Shown here one piece after another: positions 35,101 to 36,062 of a stretch of DNA of 36,062 nucleotides. The notes beneath the pieces were generated by a model. That model ran no database searches. It saw nothing but the letters and a program-made list of their open reading frames with translations, and had not been told where the DNA came from. The DNA is from a virus (Duplodnaviria > Caudoviricetes): IMG/VR virus record IMGVR_UViG_3300023184_000307, positions 1-36,062 of that record; one strand, written 5' to 3'. The translations under genes and the position numbers were made by a program. The stretch's first letter is position 1. The number at the start of each line of letters is the position of its first letter.

Positions 35101-36062
35101 GGCATGGAAGGTTCGTTTGAGCGCCCGATTAAGAATGTGTTTGACTCTTACACTGGCCGTTTGAGTTGGATGATTACGGAAGCTGCAAACAACAACGCTT
35201 CTTACAACGTGCTGGACACGATGGCATTGGGTGGGTTTGCTAAAGAACTTAAGCCCAAAGAAGTGCCGGGCAACAAAGCTCTGACTGTTAAAGTTTATCG
35301 TGAGGGTAAACCCGTAGAGTTTGAAGTAGAAAGCGTAGCTGACTATGAAGCATTCCAAGCCGCGCCTGAATTAACAGGTTGGCTTGTGGGTTCACTTATA
35401 CCTGCGGCACGATGGGTGCGTATAGGTGTAACGGCTTTCCCCGCCTTCTCAATCAAACAGGTAATTGAAGACGCACAGCGTTCTATGTTTAACTCAGGTG
35501 TTGAGCGACCCTTAGTTGTCGGTATGAAGACGTTGTACAACTTCCCACGCTTGTTAACATCCGATGCTTTGCAGGCTTTGGGTGTCAGCAACAAGATGCC
35601 TTTGGTACGTATGATGGAAAGGCTTGGCATTATTGGTGACTACGATGTCAATATCATCAACCCCGCCCAAGATATTAAGATTGCGGCTGGCGCAGAAAAA
35701 CGCGGTTGGTCTGCCAAAGCTTACCACGCACTTGAAAAAATCACCAAAGCATCTGACCTTGCCGCACGTTTGGCTGTGTTTGAAGAAACATTGCTTGAGA
35801 CAGGTGGCAAGAAAGAAAAAGATGGCAGTATCACGGGTGGTGACCAAGACCTTGCACAACTACGTGCTCGTGAGTTAATTAACTTTAGCCGCCGTGGGTC
35901 TGATCCCACTATCCGTACGCTAAGCCGTGTAGTGCCGTTTATGAACGCATACGCACAGGGTATGGATGTTACCTACCGCACAGCAAGTGGTTTAGATTCT
36001 GCAACAGGTTCAGAGCGTGCAGATGCACGTAAGCAGTTTTACAAGATGGCCATGAAGCTGAC
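29104..36062 (+). CDS. Giant polyvalent virion protein, 3'-truncated (more than 2,300 aa): L,D-transpeptidase-like, zincin, ART and LPD38-type regions
   Basis: Starts MPLYRIKAPNGLTYQIEGPEG. No stop in the parts I translated, and its absence from the ORF track fits a frame running off the window. IAVHA...DNRISYGCIN, HELFH, FKKWFG...VYHG...GIYFT...EYVVF, ARELINFSRRG...VPFMNAYAQG. Confidence 0.9.
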   Translation, partial: MPLYRIKAPNGLTYQIEGPEGASQEEVAMAVMAKNPDSGKPFKEADFSFGDTALSGLQSAIGATKSTLQGFGAEAPGVETLSNLQKGLGQLYTPERQAEMARRDALEKAAAKSGSTLEEIKAAGAGVTEAPIQATASAVGSSAPTVALAMGAAALAVPAAAALGLVGAPALAFAAAVGIGAKYALGALQGAGSVKGSIYDAVKEDITKQYPDLSKEEVSKIALEAQNFTGKNWDNIVAGMGVGAWAGGTGMEKELLKKLSKPIAEAAAKKTGEEVAKKGIIAATGRGTMAGLKEAVPEAIQGAQEKFATNVAETRAGFETPAMEGVLGQGTKEGMMGFLGGAGVHPFTGTEGAPAQTTPTGQPGQPTPTELEALVQQRRQERQQEQMGVKQGREAREGEKILDAEAKAEADQQQVARVEAEKAAATELQTLRAQRQAELEQTFPKDYSDVMQKTDAYAELFQEKQALTGQTQTKEVKARIKTIDGLIQGIIEEDTRVPNEFKRMQAENAKVIKNLPPDLQAKYAATAFTVPEPQQMEIRAATVEQTPVQQTDLLGNPIQQEAPAPATPDKFKTVQTAAEAQAALDLQNRRDARAGQAERNAAKDAGQLGLFTRVGTPTEEAAVAEPKIIVKKPPVTEPTVRVKPTPETVAPVITADTLGVLGIGPTAVMRKPGHAIQGLDITKPDDAAEVRNMLTIYKEGRSPAITQKIDTFLARPEFQALPAPAPKVEAAPTPAPVVAPVVKAPTKTTGQSAEKKAANKAAQPSARKAKDETAKPTAEPIVAPAVTKAVEAPPAPAPIKVVKKTEPKKVEPKKVEPKKVEPKKLEAPKVEPKKEEPKVDKALDKARETVDDLDLDPEVTKTKVKAFAKRLHKAGLIDDISLNAVESISKDKDMGYEDVLDEIRFALDAYERQQNKAPETKPEPKKVADESNIIEGETRVIPDSEQKLLEGPVSRLQDDQVEELEDFYGVKKDSPEFWKKLRADVAKSINEGSKAVAKAIREIVNQIASGVLAAGLIFNPTGLSNQYNINLPKTFQQTIAITAPVPEAAKSKMSPLAQGVYEAMAPVAMKSGKWFMVADKPNGMLHIFKEDGSHFISDATLYGKDKGDVMEAKSSLEGGAKITPAGKFTMKESPADYAGKTSLILVESKDYSGYIAVHAADVSTPSERRLARLETPTAEDNRISYGCINTKHETFINQIKPHINELDGGLIFVLPDATETTAGMFAPETEVVERTETPATAKAETGRDVAKKEERIEGTEGPTRARITDDQNPVDNPISHTELEGIVADVKKALGGEVEVTILDSAKDLDSKAPAGAAGLVKDGSVYLFRDGIKSGIEGAKTVFHELFHLGLQKLLTNPKEYHRVMVSLYQMNAKVREMADTWIRSQEGQDAKAAYAKEYANPRDQLNALTAHGTDEALARIAEELKTGKKIGTGQRAFVRSVAGWLANVAEAIGMRQVAQSIRSATYTEVEKFVQEAMTAAVGAGPVNMRLTRRFAQATATASDAFKKWFGNSQVVDKNGKPLVVYHGMVNEMEGGEFRTSSYGTLGAGIYFTSKPDAASNFAMGVRGGVNEPKLQGNVLPVYLQMETPFDNEFFVGNKDWQNWAASIVKRNSPYESDMLGWGGPREYEAAKKLLKKLDANTATLNDVLFVEKDVESPWGREILKQIKQHGAFDGVILKNSSKGFDEYVVFKPTQVKSATGNVGTYDSKNPDIRYSVRGGIDENTRRAVQAIQDKTPAKYKEPEKKTLVQQLKSVSEVETRDKAKLLARQKTADKFATVSAKVNQLFSKGYKNAFGDLNPMVLARQAEEARKLVLDFFKAGGIKFNKSGLIETVDTKDSLQHAVEQLVDLAAKNDMTYKDAESYVSSLLEGHRLHNMREEHDKPLEASALILEQQGKNKEADAERKKKLARHMDNADIDTLEAAFQKSPEIKAILDTLNATRTQAIDLMVAAGRITKEQGQFWKDNSAYVPFDRVFVESETPIKGRGSYGIATLRNLPGMEGSFERPIKNVFDSYTGRLSWMITEAANNNASYNVLDTMALGGFAKELKPKEVPGNKALTVKVYREGKPVEFEVESVADYEAFQAAPELTGWLVGSLIPAARWVRIGVTAFPAFSIKQVIEDAQRSMFNSGVERPLVVGMKTLYNFPRLLTSDALQALGVSNKMPLVRMMERLGIIGDYDVNIINPAQDIKIAAGAEKRGWSAKAYHALEKITKASDLAARLAVFEETLLETGGKKEKDGSITGGDQDLAQLRARELINFSRRGSDPTIRTLSRVVPFMNAYAQGMDVTYRTASGLDSATGSERADARKQFYKMAMKL
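31519..31578 (+). repeat. 15-bp coding tandem repeat (EPKKV, 4 units)
   Basis: GAACCCAAGAAGGTT three times, then GAACCCAAGAAGCTT. Confidence 0.9.
32260..32751 (+). other. L,D-transpeptidase (YkuD-like) domain within the giant ORF
   Basis: FMVADKPNG.LHIF, KITPAGKF, His at 32575, SYGCIN with Cys at 32662, FVLPD. Confidence 0.8.
32941..33480 (+). other. Zincin metallopeptidase-like domain within the giant ORF
   Basis: VYLF strand, HELFH at 33136-33150, downstream DEALARIAE. Confidence 0.75.
33616..34254 (+). other. ADP-ribosyltransferase domain (polyvalent-protein type) within the giant ORF
   Basis: AFKKWFGNSQVVDKNGKPLVVYHG, GIYFT, PVYL, FDGVI, EYVVFKPTQVKSATGN.GTYD..NPDIRYS. Confidence 0.8.

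Noticed and set aside
1-36062. Minus-strand and alternative-frame ORFs in the track (for example 7292-8122, 31191-31778, 32599-33192)
   Set aside because: They are shadows of well-supported + strand genes and have no recognisable motifs.
1-36062. tRNA genes or stop-codon reassignment
   Set aside because: No cloverleaf was seen in the few short intergenic gaps; genes read intact in the standard code and all three stops are used.

Overview
This 36 kb window is part of the late (virion morphogenesis and lysis) region of a tailed dsDNA phage with a podovirus-like layout. All credible genes lie on the + strand and are tightly packed. Gene order: 5'-truncated portal, GroES-like co-chaperonin, scaffold, cement-like protein, Mu gpT-like major capsid, a terminator/promoter/pseudoknotted-RNA block, small Lys-rich proteins, a head-tail adaptor followed by an HNH endonuclease, tail proteins and fibre, three 2OG-Fe(II) oxygenases beside a Gly/Pro-rich protein and a fibre chaperone, lysis genes, nozzle, and ejection-type proteins. 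The window ends in a giant ORF of more than 2,300 codons (29104 to the end). It is absent from the ORF track because it has no stop in the window; my hand translation shows L,D-transpeptidase-like, HExxH zincin, ADP-ribosyltransferase and LPD38-type regions. Most notable: (1) a recurring hydrophobic-x-x-Gly-Gly motif at module junctions in at least 7 proteins, with a candidate recognition domain; (2) a hydroxylase cassette next to an X-Pro-Gly-rich putative adhesin; (3) an L,D-transpeptidase domain in the giant protein; (4) a three-helix pseudoknotted RNA after the capsid gene. Family assignments come from motif recognition by eye, not database searches. A freshwater betaproteobacterial host is a guess.
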